A DNA stretch of 64,000 nucleotides, taken from Somniosus microcephalus (lineage: Eukaryota). The translations under genes were made by a program, and so were the position numbers. Of this stretch, positions 61,188 through 64,000 are shown one piece after another; within the stretch, counting starts at the first letter, position 1, and the number at the start of each line of letters is the position of its first letter. The stretch lies in the NCBI GenBank assembly GCA_052327205.1, contig CM126209.1:31434001-31498000 (forward strand), in the 5' to 3' direction. A model generated the notes under the pieces. That model saw only the letters and a program-made list of their open reading frames with translations. It was not told the DNA's origin and searched no databases.

Positions 61188-62307
61188 TAAAAACAGACTA
61201 TGGAATTACACCATTTGGTATGCTATAGTTTCATAAGCTATTAAAAGCTAAATTTAATGATCAAGATGTGACCTATTGTGTTCATGCATGTGAGCAATGC
61301 TGGTAAGAATGCACCAGACATGGGTCTAATTCAGTGTTGCCCAATAGAAATTGCTGACTAGCCACAGGTGAGGTTATCGAGACACCATTTTAGCCACATG
61401 CATGAATTTTAGTAGAAAATGTCATACACACAATAGAGGTCAATGTACTTCACGTGTATATTTAGTTAAAAAGCATCTACCACCATTCAGTGAAAAACTT
61501 TGTACTCTTCTCTTTCACCAAAATTTGGAATTCTGTCATGAATTCATCAGACACAGCACATCAGTGCGGCTTCTAGGTTTTTGTTCAGCAGTTGCAAGCG
61601 GTACTTCGACTTCATCAGTGACTGCCAAGAATGTTGACTCGCACAACAAGACGTGTCAGACCTGCCCCTCCCTCCACCCACCCAGAATGTGGTTGGATGC
61701 TGCTTGCCCTTATGTGCTCTGTTGGAGCTGCTCGTTATTGGATGGACTTGCCTTCTGCTGGCCTAGAGCGGTTATGCCGATTGGTCGAGCTGACCCCAGC
61801 TTCCCTCTCCATACAATGTGACTGGTGTTTCCATGGTGCTGAAGTCCAGCGTTTTCGCTCATGTTACACACCATTCCAACGGATAAACAATAAGCATTAA
61901 CGAAACAAGTAAAGCGCACACAACAATTAAAAAAAACACTCACTCACTCTGCTTTTCATCTTAACTTTTTACCAACAAATGCACAAAAAAAGTTAAAGTA
62001 CGCACACAAATGCCGTGCGAACATGAGTATTGAGCTCACGTGCCCAACAATGGTGTCTGTTACCATTTTTTATTCACTAATCGCAAATGCAATTAGCCAC
62101 AAGTGACTAGTGGCTAATTTATTGGACAACACTGGTCTAACTACTAGTTTTACATTATTTATGTATGCATTTATGGTAGAGCACAGTGATGTAGTAATAA
62201 ATCTATAATAACTGGTAGAATACAATTATCTGTTAAGACATCTGTAGACTGAATCACTGACCTAAAAACCTTTACAGATTGATTGCACTGTCCTCTTATT
62301 TTGTTAG

Positions 62308-62368
62308 CCGCAGTCCACAGATTTCACACAGTATGACAGCTACAGCGACGTAAGCGAAGGTGTCAGAG
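62308..62368 (+). CDS. ABLIM1: ABLIM1-like exon (PQSTDFTQYDSYSDVSEGVR); the gene continues beyond the window
   Basis: TGTTAG acceptor, GTAGGG donor, 61 nt. Matches recalled PVSTDFAQYNSYGDVSGGVR. Confidence 0.9.
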
Positions 62369-63060
62369 GTAGGGATGTCTTTCACCTTGTGTTTCTGTTC
62401 AGTTTATAAAATATGTATAAACTCAGTAGCACTTCTCTTGTGGAAAATGGGTCAAAGGCCATGGCCTAATTCTGCTCCAGGCTTGTGTATGAGTTTCATT
62501 AATTCGCTCTGAATGTGCCTAAGTTGCCCATAGTAAGTAGATCTGTTGCTATTCCTGTACCTAGTCGCTGTAAATCTACAGTAAACAAATGCTGCTACTA
62601 CAGCAGATAAATGAGTGCATCTGCTGTACGTTGATGTGCTTCAGTGCCTTTGATGTAGGCTGTGGCCATACGTGGTAAACTGCCACTTTATAAAGTAAGA
62701 ACTAACATAAGATTTTTATTTCCATCAGTTATTTCTCTCGGAATTTTACTCTTGTAGAACAAAACTAGTTCATATGAAGCTCATAATTATAGCGTAGTGC
62801 ACATCTATATATTATCAATTGTCTGATTTATTTAGAAAGTATAAGAAAGCAATGCCAGTTTCAAATCCATCTGATGTGAAATTATATTGGGACCGAAACT
62901 GCCGCTCCACTACCATATAATGACCCGCGTTCCTGAGCCCACCAGAATATCTAGGGTCAGGACAAGGTCAAATTGCTTAAATAGTTCCGGCACATTTTGG
63001 GTACTTGCCAGGGTGAGGAGAGAGGAAAATGCAATGCTTGGATGCCGTGTGCATGAGTAG

Positions 63061-63465
63061 CTGGTAGGCCCAGCTTCATTGGACCCTGGTAGGCCCAGCT
63101 TCATTGGACCCTGGTAGGCCCAGCTTCATTGGACCCTGGTAGGCCCAGCTTCATTGGACCCTGGTAGGCCCAGCTTCATTGGACCCTGGTAGGCCCAGCT
63201 TCATTGGACTCTGGTAGGCCCAGCTTCATTGGACCCTGGTAGGCCCAGCTTCATTGGACCCTGGTAGGCCCAGCTTCATTGGACTCTGGTAGGCCCAGCT
63301 TCATTGGACTCTGGTAGGCCCAGCTTCATTGGACTCTGGTAGGCCCAGCTTCATTGGACTCTGGTAGGCCCAGCTTCATTGGACTCTGGTAGGCCCAGCT
63401 TCATTGGACTCTGGTAGGCCCAGCTTCATTGGACTCTGGTAGGCCCAGCTTCATTGGACTCTGGT
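63061..63465. repeat. 25-bp minisatellite, 16 full units plus 5 bp
   Basis: Unit CTGGTAGGCCCAGCTTCATTGGAC(C/T), head-to-tail with no spacers. Confidence 0.97.
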
Positions 63466-64000
63466 CCCTGTTAATCAGCCCCCTTTTTAAGAGGTCCAAT
63501 TTAAACTTTGGGTGTTTTCCAGGCCACAAGTCCAGCCTGGCCATCACTTCCATGGTTCTTTTGACCTGGACACCAGTATCTTACTGCTGTGCAGCTTTCT
63601 CAGGGCAAAGGAGATGGAGGCAGTGAGAATTCCAATGGATGACACCATCCTGCCAGCCCTGCCGAGCCTGCCTCCTCACAAATGTCAGGCCATCATTGTG
63701 AAAGATGAAACTTCTGTCTGCCCTTGGCCCCTAACCCTGTTGTTAAAGCTGAGCTGGTTCAGTATCCAACTGGGAAGATGCTTGGTAATTATAAGGATAA
63801 GTAAATAAGGACATGATTAAATATTCCATGGGGCTTGATGGTTCCTATGCTGTGAGGCAAGGTGGAATGTTACCTGAAGGACAGGAAGCCAGGGTTGAAT
63901 AATGAAAATTGAGGATGAGTGAATTTTCTTGGTCATGTTTGGAGTACAATGAGTTTTTACGCATAACTTTCCCTCAAGATTCAATAGGTGCGTTAGAATC

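Noticed and set aside
63061-63465. CRISPR-like array
   Set aside because: The repeats are contiguous with no unique spacers, there are no cas genes, and the context is a vertebrate intron. It is a minisatellite.
53-63808. The many 60-140 aa ORFs in the supplied track
   Set aside because: Most are antisense or off-frame readings of CR1, L2, Gypsy, SINE and MITE sequence, or chance intronic ORFs with non-ATG starts and no domain signal.

Overview
This is vertebrate genomic DNA, not prokaryotic. The repeat complement (CR1 and L2 LINEs, tRNA-head/L2-tail SINEs, Penelope-like elements, Harbinger-type elements) suggests a cartilaginous fish; that is an inference. The whole window lies inside one + strand gene of the ABLIM/dematin family, closest by recalled sequence to ABLIM1. 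Eleven phase-consistent GT-AG coding exons (16369-62368) encode the region between the LIM domains and the villin headpiece. No LIM or headpiece exons were found. A twelfth, ABLIM1-like cassette exon at 33274-33371 appears frameshifted. The introns hold a young Gypsy LTR element (5-bp TSD, gag deleted, open pol frame), a two-gene PIF/Harbinger transposon plus a deleted relative, a Penelope-like element with a GIY-YIG domain and a minimal hammerhead-ribozyme motif, many MITEs, a solo LTR with a CTCF-like site, and two minisatellites. I see no convincing wholly new biological system. The best leads are the ABLIM1/dematin mosaic identity, the frameshifted exon, the ribozyme-bearing Penelope termini and a splice-site-rich MITE. 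Family and orthologue comparisons are from memory and need database confirmation.
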